A DNA stretch of 64,000 nucleotides from NCBI GenBank assembly GCA_009103225.1, contig RHPI01003330.1, positions 524,730 through 588,729 on the forward strand, read 5' to 3'. A program made the position numbers and the translations under genes. The DNA is from Chlorokybus atmophyticus. Lineage: Eukaryota > Plantae > Mesostigma and Chlorokybus algae. This document shows positions 38,653 through 53,600 of this stretch, piece after piece (positions within the stretch are counted from its first letter, which is position 1; every line of letters starts with the position of its first letter). The notes beneath the pieces are model-generated. The model made no database searches, was not told the origin of the DNA, and saw nothing but the letters and a program-made list of their open reading frames with translations.

Positions 38653-39068
38653 CGCTCTCGCTCTCGGTGTATAGCAGCAAGGCGTTGGACAGATGGCCGC
38701 CATCTGCGCAGCGTATGAGAATGTCTATTGAATCCTGGTCGGTTGCCTGGCCCTCCAGAATAGCACTATTGACAACAATTGAGTACTGGCTGCATAGGCG
38801 AAGTGAGCAAAGAACAGGCGCACGACGGCGGAGATCCAGAGCTGTAGCTGCACTGGCTGCTATACTAGTGGTACATACCATAAGCAGCTAGCATATGGAA
38901 TTGCCCACCTCTGGATCCGTTACGTTATGTATGGTTACAAGGACATTGTGTGCGTAGTGTGCTACAGTTTCATGCACTAGCAGTTGCGACAGCGCATCCG
39001 CATATTTGCCAGCAGGCTGGGGCAGTATTACTAGTGGTAGTACTACTTTTGTCGAGACATCCTTGCTC

Positions 39069-39181
39069 TTGTTACTGGTCATGAGCTTCCGTTCAGCGGT
39101 GTTTTGGCGCACTCACATGCTGCACACAGCAGCATGAGTGCGCCAAAACACCGCTGAACGGAAGCTCATGACAAGTAACAA
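39069..39181. other. Near-perfect long hairpin (53/55-nt arms, 5-nt loop)
   Basis: ttgttactggtcatgagcttccgttcagcggtgttttggcgcactcacatgctgc-acaca-gcagcatgagtgcgccaaaacaccgctgaacggaagctcatgacaagtaacaa; one mismatch and one 2-nt bulge. Confidence 0.9.
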
Positions 39182-39617
39182 TGCATAGCGCAGTCCCGCT
39201 GTCGTGCACTTCGCAGCCAAGGTGAAGCGCTGAACAACACCATGAGCAAGTTGTTGAAACTGCTAAGCACTCTCGCGCGCGCGGGCGTACGCACTCTCTG
39301 TGACAGCTTCGCGACCTGATTCTGTAAAGCAACAAAAAAACACAGTACTGGTTTTCTGCGGCTAAACGCATCTCTCTTCAGCGCTGCAAACTTCCGAAGT
39401 GATGACATATTGTAGGCTTGTGCGCATCCCTCCCACTCACACACTGAAGCAGAGACTCGCTTGTCGTTGTTGTCGTTTTACTTATCATTGTCTTCACCGT
39501 GCCCCCCCCCCTCCTCCTCCTCCTCCCGCTCCTGCCTCCCCCCTCTCCGCCCAGAACCCCCTCCGCGCCGACTCCTCCATCGCTGCCGCGGCCGTCTCGC
39601 ACCGCACGTGCAGCGCA

Positions 39618-40975
<1,358 letters not shown>

Positions 40976-41152
40976 CAACTTGTATGTGTTTGGGGGGGAA
41001 GGGTGAGGGTGGGGGGAAGGGATGCTACTACTTAGGCAAGGCAAGGCAGGTTGAAGTCTGAAAGGTTGGAGAGTGTCTTTGTATGAGGGTGGCAAAGCAA
41101 GTCACCGTGTTTGCCTACTCTGCCCGCTACGCCTAGGAGGGGACACTGAGCC

Positions 41153-44100
41153 ATGCAGCCTGCGCAGAGTTGCTTGGTCCTGCTGCTGCTGCTGGTGGCC
41201 CTGCTGGTAGCCACGCCTGATATAACCATGAGCTGTGAAGTCACCTTGGCCGTGATGCGATCCATGTTGAACTCTTGACGTCCTCTTGCGACTCTTGCAT
41301 GTGTGTGTCTTGTGTGTGTGTGGACCATAATCTCGCTGGTTCCGATGCGGTGTTGTCGAGTTATTCTGCGTGACGACAACTTGCCTGTGGTCACTTGAAC
41401 TCAACTTCAGCTCACTGATGCACACCCTGCATTGTAACCGGTACTTGCTGGCTGCAGCACCAAGGGGACGCCAATGTGCTTTCGCGCGCACAAGCAACTA
41501 CAGGTGGGTCGCCTAAATCAACCAAGCAGCTTGCAGTCTTGTGCTTCTTGTTCTTGTGCTTGTACTTCGTCGTCTCTCGTCAATGGCCACGCAGCTGCTG
41601 CAATGGTTGCACTCACATGCCCTCAACAGCTGCCACACCGAGTGCACCGCAGCCGTCGCTACCAGGTGAACGCAGTGTCAGCTTACTCGTGACTAAGATA
41701 CACACTCACACACAGCACGCACCAATGCCAACTTGTGCGCGTTGTGTGCGCAGCCGGCGACGCTTCGGTGGCCAAGTGCGTGACGGTGGACCCCGCGGAC
41801 TTGGCCAACGTCAGGGCGACACTGGCGGCGGGGAAGCTGGAGGCGCAGCAGGCGGTGGCACAAGTGAGCGATTATGATGAGACATGCGTAGACATGGGTA
41901 CATCGTCGGGTTTTTGTGATCTTGTCTGATATGTACATGTTGCTCAGCTGCAAAGCAACGCGGATGAGGCGATGCTACGGGCGCTCAACCCTGTGCTGAA
42001 GGCAGGTGGTGCGCGTGCTTGTACGCGCGCGCACACGTTTGCACGCGCGTGTCTGTGCCAGCTGCAGTCTGGCGATCATGTACATAAGTTCACTACACAC
42101 TTGTGGTGAGGTACAGGTGACGGACAAGCCGACCCCTCCAGCCAGCCACGACTACACATCTCTCTCCCCATGTAAGCAGGACCCACACCCACACCCACAC
42201 CCACGCCCACGCCCACGCCTACGCGCACGCATTCAGACATGCTTAACATATACGTCCACATGCATTCTGCTGCTTCTGTTTCCGCAGACTACTGGCCCGA
42301 CCCGAACAGCCCCAACGGCTTGCCGTTCGTGCGCGTGGACGGGGACACCAACCCTGACACACTCACAGACAAGCAAGTTGTCTTGTTGTATTGGTGTCTT
42401 TCATCCTTACCAACGAAAAAGGACAATGCGATGACACAACTCATTACACAGGTGGGACCTGCAGCGGCTCCAGACCATGCAGACATACGTGCCCAACCTC
42501 GCAGCCGCTTATGCAATCACAGGGCAGCTGCCCTACGCCACCAAAGGTGTGTATGTGCACTCCCGCACACGCACATCTTGCAACATGTTCCTATTGGCTG
42601 TAATCAGCTCCCTGTCCCTACTACAGTTGCACAACAGGCCAGAGTGTGGTTTGTCGATCCCGCCACGCGCATGAACCCCAACCTGACCTACGCACAGGTA
42701 GACCAATGATTATCCAACCTATCCAAAGTATCATGAGCTTCATCACATCAACTCTCGCACCACGCAACATCTATCTTCTCAGGTTATCCCCGGCGCCAAC
42801 AACGGCATTGGCTCCGTCGACGGCCTGATCGACTTCTGGCGCCTCCACACCACCCTCGACTCACTGGGCCTCATCTCAGACAGGCATGCAACTAATATTG
42901 TTCATGATGTTCATCCACTCCAACAACTTCAACATCACATTGCAGTGGGGAGTGGACGGCGTCTGACCAGTCGAGTGTCGTGGAATGGCTTCAACAGTAC
43001 CGCGCGTGGATGACGGAGGGGGTAGGGATGGTGGAGACGGCGGGGCAGGCGGATTACAAGGACGGGTTCTTCTATGACGCGCAGGTGGGTGCGCTACGCA
43101 CATCACCTCATGTGGGATGTGCATAGCGATAGTGAACACGTGAGGTGCTGTTAGGAGCTGCAGGGAATCCATTGTACGCACACGCGCAAGCATGCATGCA
43201 TAGCTGTGTGGATGAGCGTCTGTGTACATGCTAGCATGCGCGCAAGCATGTCTGCGTGCGTACTCAAGTACAAAGACACGCGCCCGCAGACACCGCCCAC
43301 GAGCACGCACAGGTTATCTGTGTATGGGCTTGCGTGAAGGGGGGAGGGGGAGGGGGGGGGAAAGCGGGCACGCACACGCACGTTCAGACATACACGCATG
43401 CTCCATTCTCACACACACGCGCGTACAAGCATCCCCAACAATGTACCCGCCCCCCAACTGCAGCTGGCGTCTGCGTCCTGGTATCTCGGTGACCTCCCTA
43501 CGCTGAAAGGCATCGCACAGCGCGTCCAGGAGTCACGCATCCCGCGCCAGATCGGCAGCGACGGTCAGCAGACGCTGCAGAGTACAAGCCCGAGAGCATG
43601 GAGGTGAGGATTGGTTCATATCTTAACAATCAATCGCAGAGACTTAAAAACACAAGAGTGATTGTTGGCGTTGTTGTGAGCAGCGATAGCGTCCAGAACT
43701 TGGAGGCTATGATGACTCTTGCCATGATAGCGCAAAGGTCTGAAGTGGCGGACATTTGGAGCTTCAAGACCTCCAACGGAGCCTCAATCAAGGTAATACA
43801 CCACAAGCACAGGCACGGCATGGAGTAGAGCGTTCACACGCCCACATACACACACTCTCGGAAGCTCACTCAAACAGAATTACACAGACATGCATGATGC
43901 ACCCATACACACGCCCATGCACACTTGCGCACACACACTCTCCACTGAGAGGTATGCTTCCAAACAGGCAGCGCTGGACTACCTGAACGTGTTTGCCTTC
44001 GAGGGCTCCGCCTGGCCCTACGCGGGCGGCGACGAGCTGGACAAGAAGGGGCTGCTGCTGTCCCTGCGCATGGCAGCGCGCATGAACGACTCGGAGGCTG

Positions 44101-44738
44101 CGCGCTACCCTCAGGTATGCGTACATGATAGAGTTGTTGCGGATGCTGTGCAAGAGAGGAGAAGGAAAGGAGCCTCCCTACATGACAGTTACTGAGTAGC
44201 TGTCATGTGGGCTACAGGTGGTTGAGACTGGGATCAGTGATCCTCTCTATTCCAACTCCAACATCGCATCCGTGCTCTACCCGGGCCCCGCTGCTGGAGT
44301 CGATTGCGAGGTGTGCGTTTGTCCTTGTCCCACAGCATACGTCAATGCTGCAGTATAGGATTACCCACACAGACACTCGCAACCACGCACACAAGCATGC
44401 ACACACGGGCCCATGCGCACGAGTACGTGCGCATGCACACGCGCGCGCGTATGCGCCAACCCACAACTAGATCAAATCCACGCCTGTCTGACCCATGACA
44501 GGTGACTGCGTTCAGCGATTGGACTCCTTGCACCGCCGACTGCGGCGGCGGCGTGTCGTTCCGCACGCGTCAGATCGTCGTGGAACCGGTGGGCGCGGGG
44601 GCGCTCTGTCCGGAGCTGCAGGAGAGGGAGGACTGTAACAACCAGACGTGCCCGTGCCCCGTAACGCCATGGGGTCAGAGGGGATCTATACACACACGCA
44701 CATACACTTGCAAGCTTCACATGATCAGGTCGTATGAT

Positions 44739-44792
<54 letters not shown>

Positions 44793-46217
44793 TACGTACA
44801 ACAGGTGACTGGGGAGCGTGCAGCGTTAGCTGCGGCGTCGGCCAGCGCGAGCGAAGCCGCACAGTCATCCTTGACCAGGTTCAATGACCGTGTTGTTGTG
44901 CAAAGCTTGTGTTTCCTCAATGTTGATTGTGACTTAGTTTTGCTTCCGAGTACACAAGTCGTAGTGGTACTCAAGTGCGCTGCTGACCAGACTGTTGCCA
45001 CATGTTGGCAGGCAGGAGATACGTCTCAGTGCCCACCACTGACGCAAACCGTCGGTTGTCTCGAGCCGGGCTGCACCATAGGTTCCATAGCAGAGTCAAA
45101 GCCAATGAGCCGACAGTTAGTCCGTTGTTTGATGCTAACTTGAGCTATGGTCCGTCGCCCTGACCTTCGTGTCTGCGTGTGCGTGCGTGTGCGTGTGTTC
45201 TCATCTGCAGCTGAGGTCCTTCCTGCCAGCAAGGCCTGGTTGACATCAACCCTGGTCTTCACCGCCTCATCAGACTCCTACTACACCACCACCAGCTCCA
45301 CCAACTCCCCCAACTCCACCTCCTCCAACTCCAACACATCCACAATTGGAAGTCCAACTGCTGCAGCGGGTAGCCTCGACACGGGCGGCAGCGTATTCCT
45401 GCCTGACACGCCCGTGTGGCAGAGCGGCGTGGCGCTGGCGGTGGCGGATGTCGTTGGCGCCCCGCCGGAAGACACGTATGTGAGGAGTGTGGAGTATGAT
45501 GGGGACCGCAACGTCACGGTGCAGGTGGGAGGGAGTGGGTGTGGATGTGTTGTGCGCATGTTGTTATGGTGGTGTTGGTGAGTGGGCGCCTGTCAGGTTG
45601 GCGATAGAACATCTCGCTCTGTCAAGGGCAGCAGCAGAGAATGCACAGTGTTGTGGGCGTGGGTGCGTGCGTGCGTGTGCGTGGTGGTGTAGGTGTGCAT
45701 TTGTGTGTGTGACACGCACACGCGCACGCACACACGCACGCAACTGCAACTGCAACGGCAACTGCAAGCAAGTGATAAACGCTCTGGTCAGGTGCGAGCA
45801 ACGATACCACTGCAGAAGTCCACCGCGACGCCTTCCGGGACGTACGTGACCGCGCCCGACCCGGCGCAAGCGGACGCTGCAGCGAAGCTGCTGGAGCAGT
45901 CGGTTAACGACGGTTCTGCTGCAAGCAAAGTGCTGGTACAGATAACTGCACACTGCAAATGGCAAAGCACATCAAAGTTGTTTGCAGCTGTTCTGCATCA
46001 TTCAGCTGCACGGGCTTGTAGTGGTACTAGGTGTATTGGAGCACTGACATGGCATGCCTTCCAGGCACAAGGTGTGGAGTTTGACACCTTGACACTGCTT
46101 TCTCCACCAACAATTAACCTGCCGGAAGGGACCACAAATGCCGCCGCTGAGTCCAGCAGGTTGACAATCAACGTCGCAACACTTCTGCTGGCCATGGTGC
46201 TGGCCATACAGCATTGA
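41153..46217 (+). CDS. Cell-surface protein: alginate-lyase (PF05426-like) domain + 2 thrombospondin type-1 repeats + S/T linker + GPI-like hydrophobic tail
   Basis: PTPPASHDYTSLSPYYWPDPNSPNGLPFVRVDGDTNPD; WFVDPATRMNPNLTYAQVIPG; DIWSFKTSNGASIKAALDYL. TSP1 repeats FSDWTPCTADCGGGVSFRTRQI..CPELQEREDCNNQTC and DWGACSVSCGVGQRERSRTV. Tail SSRLTINVATLLLAMVLAIQH*. The 5' end is uncertain (41153 or near 41458). Confidence 0.8.
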
Positions 46218-47009
46218 AGAATGAGCAATCCATGACATATTATATGCCTCGGCCTTCAAACTGCACTAGCTAATCAATGGCGCATTACGGTAGTATATCA
46301 GTGATGAAGGTACCTGTCTATGCTTCATGATGGCAAGTGCGCCGTGGCAATGATGGCAAGTGCACCGTTCCTTGGCACTGAACAATTGCCTACCCTGAAG
46401 CTGTGTACTCCCTCATACTATATACATAAGTAATTGGCTGTGTGTCGCATTGCCTTTATCTGAAGTGGCTGTGACATGTGTAACAGCAACTTGCACCATG
46501 ACTGCAAGTTGACACGCAATACGACAGCAGACCAAATACAATTTTGCACCAGTATGCCACACGAGTCACTGAGCACTGCACCATATCAACTTCCACAAGC
46601 ACCTTGCAGTTGCTCGACCACCTTGTCATCCTCACAATGTGCTCATGTAGTGACTAGCATAGCAACCACAAAGTACGGGGGACCTTGCCACGCTCAGATG
46701 CCAGCGCTTCAACAGCACCCATTCTACACGCACGTCAACATAGATTGACCTCATGCATTGCTTCTATCCTCCTATCTCTACACGAGAGTACGAGCACATC
46801 CAGGCTGCCATCCACACTACACTCGTCCTTCCCTCCTGAAGCATTACTCAAACCGTCACAACGACACAGTACCACGACGCATAGCTCGTTGCGCAAAGCG
46901 CAAACGCATGGCAACTTCTGAAACAGGTTGCTGAAGAACATACCTTACAAGCCACTAGGGTACTGATGCGTGCGATTGGTGTATGATGTTTATAATGTAG
47001 TCGGACACG

Positions 47010-49526
47010 TCATGAAAGCTCCGCCAGTAGCTTTGCACACTTGTCCTGTAGAACCTGTATTGCCTCTGTGAACAGCACAGAGGCTGGTAGTGCGCCAGTC
47101 GACTCGATGGAAACTGCGCACCACAAAAAGTAAGACATGAGCTAGCTGAACTTCAGGTGTACCAACCAAGTGTTGACAGTGGCACCTACATATAAAGTGG
47201 TCTTTGACACGCCGCAACTCAATCATCTTGTCCCAGCCCTCCGGCCGCACGCATTCTCGACAGAGCGTGCAAGACCTGGGCCGAGCAGCAACCGCTGTCT
47301 TCTGACCATTGGGACCCTCTTCAATATCAAAAACATGCATAGGGCATCGGATCTGAAGCTCTTCTGCCATCTTTCCTGTTCATAAAAGCAAAGTTGATCA
47401 GAGGTTAGCGTGATGATGTTGAAGTTCCTACGCACTGTCAAGCTCATTACGAAAGTAGCAGTGGCATGCCTGCTGAAGCACCATAAAGAGCAGCGTACCA
47501 GTGACTGGTTGCAAAAAGGCTACTTCCGGCTGTAGCCTGTAAAATGCTGTGGCAACAGGCGACCACTTCGCGTGCGTCTTGCCAATCCCTTTAATGGCAT
47601 GAGCCTCGAGCTCTATGCATTGGCCGGGTCGCATCTTTGCAAGTATAATATCGTCATCAACTATGCGCAACGGATCATCCCTAAACAGGTCTGCTTGTGA
47701 ACCGCTAAAGGATGTGAACTTCTGGTCTGAGTCTTCCGGCAGTTCGCTGCCCTGTGGCAGCCACCTGATATCACCTGAGAGGACTGTTCACGGCGCAACC
47801 AACATGTTAGCAGCTTGCATGCAATACTCACAACACTGCATACGTCATCTCAGCATCTCCTTTTCACCTCTGGCGCCTTTGATATCGTCACCTTCTCTCC
47901 TGCACTCAGCTTTGAGGCTGAACACGATCGTGTTGTGTTCGTTGGCAGTGTCGTTGTCAGTGAACTCCACAAACCTGCGGGGATCGGCTTTCACGGGCGT
48001 CATGCCCAAGCGATGCGCCAACACTTCGTCCTGAACTATGCTCGTGTTGTCTGCCATGAACACCTTCTCAATAGCCATGGTGGGGACCTGCGAAGGCATA
48101 GCAATTGTGCAATGACATCAAGTACATCACACAGTCAAAAACCTCGATTACGCACAGTGTTCAACTTGGTGCAGCGTTTTCTCCACCATTGCAAATGCAC
48201 TTCTTCAGCATTTGGGACCTCACCTCGGATATGAGAATGCGCCTGATGGCATTAGCGATGGCAGGATCAATGCCAACGAGGTCAAACACCATCTCCTCGT
48301 GTGTCAGCTTCTCAATGTCTATGCGCAGCCTATCCTTGATGGTCTCCAAGGCAACACTGTTGTCCACACCAACAGACATGTACGAGCCTGAGTACTGCAT
48401 GGTCGAGGTCTGTAGAAAAACAGTGCAAATCAGAATTATGCGAGTCCAATGTAACCAGGTTAACTTGTGTCTGGTGAACTGCCATACAGTCTTTCGCAAG
48501 ACATATTGACACGGTTGGGGGCAGTGAACAGCGGACGCTTCCAATCGAGAGCTGAGGGTGCAGCTGGTGCGACAGATGCAACCTTTGCATAGCAAGCAAT
48601 AACAAGCAATAGAAAGGGGCCAGTGGACAAACAAAACAGTGACTTTGTGTGAATTCGCAAGAGGGGGTTGGGGGGTGGGGGGCTTGCGTGTGTATGCCAG
48701 CAAACGTAGCATACAGCACTGCGTGCGGGCGTCAGTTTGTCAGAGGTGTATATTTCTCAGCAAGCGCCATCACGGCACTAAGCTTCATTTCGTCTTTCAT
48801 CAACCGCCCATATGCAAATACAATGCTTCATATCTTAGCACATGGCTTGCATGCGTATGCATGCCAGTAAATGCAGCTTGCAGCACTGAATACAGGCGTC
48901 AGCTTGTCAGAGGTGTGAGTATCTCAGCAAGCACCACTAAGGCACTAAGCTCTAGACTTCTCATCAACCGCCCATATCGTTGCAAGTTTAGGTGCTTCGA
49001 CCGTGTTGCATGACAACTTGACCTGACTGTTGGCGCTTACTGAGGTGAAATGTTTCGACAACTAAGACATGCATACAGACAACACCAGCGTACAATTAAG
49101 AGCTCTACTCACATGCATGCTTTTCAAGAGTGCTGGGGAAGTTATGCAGTTTGCTACAGTCAACAACCCACGAAAACTTGGTGCGTAAAGACACCACGTA
49201 CGCCTCAAGCACGCGACTGTCTCAAACAACCAATCTTGAAAAGGCATATCTTGAATACAACGCAGACCAAAGTGATCACTGGTCAATATTAAGCTTGCAT
49301 GCTCGCTAGCATGGCATGCAGCGCCTCGCAGCCGATCAGCATCAACCCGCACACATGCAAGCAGTGATTGAAGACGTACGTGTACTGGGGCGTGCTTGCC
49401 CATAATGGCGCGCGTGCGGGCTTTTTCCAGGTGCGGCGGCAGCGACCCTTTGAGCACGTCCGGCATATCCAGAGCGGACACCCTCCGCTTCTCCTTCTTC
49501 TTCTGCTCGCCTGCCTCTTCCACCAT
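47010..49526 (-). CDS. RPAC1: RNA polymerase I/III shared subunit AC40 (RPAC1/POLR1C)
   Basis: Plant-type N-terminus [20 protein letters not shown]; [30 protein letters not shown]; DEVLAHRLG; [38 protein letters not shown]; [12 protein letters not shown]; SIESTGALP. Confidence 0.95.
48685..48980. repeat. Diverged tandem duplication (~165-bp unit) in RPAC1 intron 1
   Basis: Both units share atgccag.aaa.g.agc...cagcactg, ggcgtcag.ttgtcagaggtgt, ctcagcaagc and ggcactaagct...tcatcaaccgcccatat. Confidence 0.8.
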
Positions 49527-49668
49527 GGTGCCTGCTCCTGTACACGAGGATAACAGTATCACCCTCAAACCGCCCTTCTAACAACACTCTCCCGGGAAAG
49601 TTCCTTCCCGGAGAACCTCAGCACTTCCGCCACTGCCGCCGCCGCTGTTGCATTCAGCCCACAGATCT

Positions 49669-49676
49669 AACCCTAA
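49669..49676. promoter_or_regulatory. Telo-box-like motif AACCCTAA upstream of RPAC1 (another at 61519-61526, upstream of the CCDC57-like gene)
   Basis: Motif seen directly. Telo-boxes are typical of plant ribosome-biogenesis gene promoters; function here is untested. Confidence 0.3.
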
Positions 49677-50695
49677 TCATCCCACCTCCGGGTGTGGTGA
49701 ATTTGAAGCCCTCCCCCCCAAAAAAGAAAAGAAGTAAGCCTAATATACTAAGCCTAATCCCAGCGTTGTCGCAGCAACGGCGCAATAGACGCAGAGTTGT
49801 TGACAGCGTTGTTGCACTCGGCGTCACCGTCAGCAATTTCAAACTTGCCGTTGCTCGTGCTCATCTCGACGACGCTCATCTTCTTTGCCATTGTGGATCC
49901 TGGATCAGCACAAGCAGGCGGCCTCGCCGCTGCCGGTAGAGGTGGAGGGAGGGACGGAGGAGGGCATACAGGACGAGGCGGAGGTCCGGCAGTAAATCTC
50001 CGCTCGAAGATGCTTGCCGTGACTTTCTAAATGCTGTTTCCGTCAATCTCAGGCATGTTCAGGCGACTTGTTGGGTTGCTCTTACTGCTGTCGGCAACGC
50101 ATGTCAGTTTACCACTATTACTGCACCTGCAGCAGCAATGCTGACAATGTCAGCAAGCAGTAACTTGCAATGCCGTGTACTTGCCTTGTCACAGCTACAG
50201 CCAAGCTTGTTGGTTGGCTCTCGTTTACAGATGCTGATAGTGACAAGCATTTGCAAAGAGCGGCATGCACGCATGTAAGGAATCATCTTGCTGCTTCGTA
50301 GTTTCACAATCTGTCGCTATTGAACTTTGCAATATAGTGAACAATGCAACGGTGTGGTAGGAACACCATTGCTTTGCTCATTGTATTGTACAAGCGGTTG
50401 AACTAGCTGATTTCACGCCAACATATGAAGTGTTTTTTGCTTTTGCGAGCCAGCTTCTGCTAGGTCGTTGCTTCATCCGCAATGCTTTGTACTGCATTGT
50501 ACTTGAAGTTAGCAAGTGACATTGCGTTTCAATTCATGCCAATGCTTGTTTGTATGCTTAAGAACATCCTTGTCTCTGCGTTGGCGAGTGCAGACTGTCT
50601 CAATCGCTGGTCAATATGAGTTGCATGTTGAGGGGGACGGGAAATATTGTGCAATGACGAAGTATGCCTGACAGTGTTTGATTGGCCCAGCAGGC

Positions 50696-53600
50696 ATGAT
50701 GGTGTTAACAACAGGCGTTGTGCTTGTGGCGGTGGCTATGTGCTTTCTGCGACCAAAGCAGAAGCGCGTGCTGCTGCCACCATGCGAAGCGGTGGACCTT
50801 AGAGATACCAAATACAACTTGAATCGCATACGAGGTGAAGTCTTGTAATTGTTCATGGCATCTTCCACAAAGCGAGCTAGTGCATTCGCTGTCCTGATCT
50901 GCCCTCTTGTTCTCACTCTGTTGAACTTCTCAGCACCGCGCATGGCTGGGCTGCCACTGAGGTTGTTTGCTATCTGCCTGGAGTTTGCACCTTTCCGGTG
51001 GCTGCTGCTTCCCAAGCTGCTGCGTGACTCTGGAGTGCCACAGGTTAGAGGGTGTGCTGTTTGACAATGCATGTGCATTGCAAGTTCATGACGCTATGGC
51101 CATAGTGTATATAGCAGCGCATGAGCCTCAATTGTAACTCTAGGTACTGGAAGACGTGGAAGTGCCCGAAAGACCAACATTTGAACCAATATGGCCAGCT
51201 GGTATGCTTGCGTTAGAAGTTGCATGTGTTGCATGTTGCTGCATGTATGGTATGGTGTGCAATGCTGTAGACTTTGCATTTGAAGTCCTTATCCTCCATT
51301 CAGACATTCAAGTTGAACCTGCCACAAGCAGTGTGGAAGGCGTATTCGCTCCAAAGTCCCGCATGTCCGCAGCCATGGCGTGTCTGAACAGCAACACGGC
51401 TAGTGCAAAGGATGGCGGCTTTCACCTTCCTGCTGTGCGGGAGTTCGCACACGCTTTCTCCAACAGAATCACAACTCCTTCTGAGGTATGTTTCAGCTGC
51501 CGCAGCTGTACTAGCAAGCAATGTTGTTGGTATGTTTCAGTCTGACTCTCGTCACAAATCCAATGGTTCTTAAGCTGAGGCTGTTTTGCTTCTAGGTTGC
51601 AGATCGCATATTGGCCTTTATCAGTGATACAGAGCGATGCCATCCTCCCATGCACTTCTTCATCAGCGTGAACGAGGAGGATGTGCGCAAGCAAGCAGCT
51701 GCATCTACCGAGCGCTATAAGCAAGGTCGACCCTTGTCAGTCCTTGACGGCGTGCCAATCGCAATTAAAGACGAGTTGGACTGTCTTCCATATCCCACCA
51801 CAGGTGCTTGACATACTGTTGCAAAGCGGACGTCGCTATTGGTCATTGCACAACTGTAAATCAACCAGCATGTCATTGTTTGACAGCTGGAACAACATGG
51901 ATTGCACGGGAACGACAAGTGTTGACTGATTCCACTGTGGCTGCACGCCTGAAGGCATGCGGGGCAATCATCCTTGGCAAGACCAACATGCATGAGATAG
52001 GAATTGGCACGACGGGCCACAATCCACACTGGGGGTGTGCTGAGTCAGCGCTTGCGTGTGTTGGCCATGTGCACTCAATGAACGAAACTCAATAGCATGT
52101 ATGCAGAGCGTGCCGCAATCCTTACGCTCCTGGTCACTATGCGGGTGGCTCATCAGCAGGTATGTCTGTCTGTCTGCTGTTGACAGTCACTTTGACCTGG
52201 CTGACCCATGCACCAAGCCAAAGCAGTCTGCGTTGCTGAGTCTGGTTGCCCTCGCAACATTATGTCAAGAATGCTCTGTACCTCTGAATGGCTTACTGAC
52301 AGGTTCAGCAGCAGTAGTAGCAGCCGGCATTTGCCCCATTGCCATTGGTTGCGATGGTGGTGGGTCAATACGGATCCCCGCATCGCTGTGCGGTGTGGTG
52401 GGGCTCAAACCAACATTCGGCAGAGTGTCTGAACACGGGCAAGCATACAGTACTGCTGTTTGTAATGCACACAATTGACTGGTTACTAACTAATCAACCT
52501 GATTAACACCGGACGGTTGAACTTAACGTTTTCATACTTGCAGAGCTGTTCCGATTTGCTGGACAGTTGCGCATGTCGGACCAATAGCGGCTTCTGTCGA
52601 GGATACACTACTGGCGTAAGTGGCTTGCTGGTGTGCACAGTAGTAGCAGTATCACTCAGCATGTTGCGGGATATGCAATCGTGTTATATAACTTTGGATG
52701 TTGGCAATTGCAGGTATGCGGCCATTGCTGGGCCTGACGAGCTTGACAAGCTTTCCCTGCACCAGGTTCAGTGTTGTCCTGTTGGCGTGCCTGTGAAGTG
52801 TTGTGATAGAGGTGCGGGCTGATCGGCTGCAATGCTGTGCAGCCGATGCCACGGTTACCCCTTATGGACGCCACCACTGTCATGACTGAGCTGAAAGGTT
52901 GCAAAATCGGTGTGTACTCTGAGGTAATTACTCATTGGGTGGTGCACTCCTGCAACTGCTGTGAGTAACCAATATACACTTATGGGGTGCATGTAACTGC
53001 AGTGGTTTGCAGACGCGGACCCTGCGGTCATTGTGGCATGTCAGCAAGCACTAAATGAGGTTCAGCGCAGGTTTGGCACTGAGGTACGTTCGGGCACACA
53101 GTCTTCCTCTATTGTATTGCTATATTGTCAACAACTTGGTCTAATTGCAAATGCTCTGTGTTCATACATGAATGGCAGACTGTTGACATCAAGATTCCTG
53201 AGCTAGAAGAGCAGCGAGTGTCACACCTTGTGACCATCACGTCGGAAATGTGCCAGACTGTTGACACTGCATACCGGCACGGGTGCGCACTGTATTTTTG
53301 GCTGTGCGAGCGCGCTACCAGCATCATTAGGCTTTGAACTCGCCTTGCACACAATGGCTATGCTTTATTCTATAGGAGTCGTTGATTGTTAATCACAAGC
53401 AATCTGTGCAGGCGGCAGTACAGCTTTGCATTGGATACTCGCATCTCCTTGATATTGTCGCGCTGGTTCACCAACCGCGATTACATCCTTGCACAGCGCT
53501 ACAGGTATGTTGGTTTGAGAGTTGTGCGGCATGGTTGCAATGCTGACGTCTAACGCTGCTTATGCTGATCGCAGAACACGGCTGATGTCTCATCACCGGC

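Noticed and set aside
49062-49568. Possible separate gene upstream of the RPAC1 core
   Set aside because: It is exon 1 of RPAC1 (plant-type N-terminus), joined to [10 protein letters not shown].
49797-50030. Small hydrophobic/Gly-rich ORF before FAAH
   Set aside because: No ATG start and no recognisable family; probably promoter or 5' UTR sequence.
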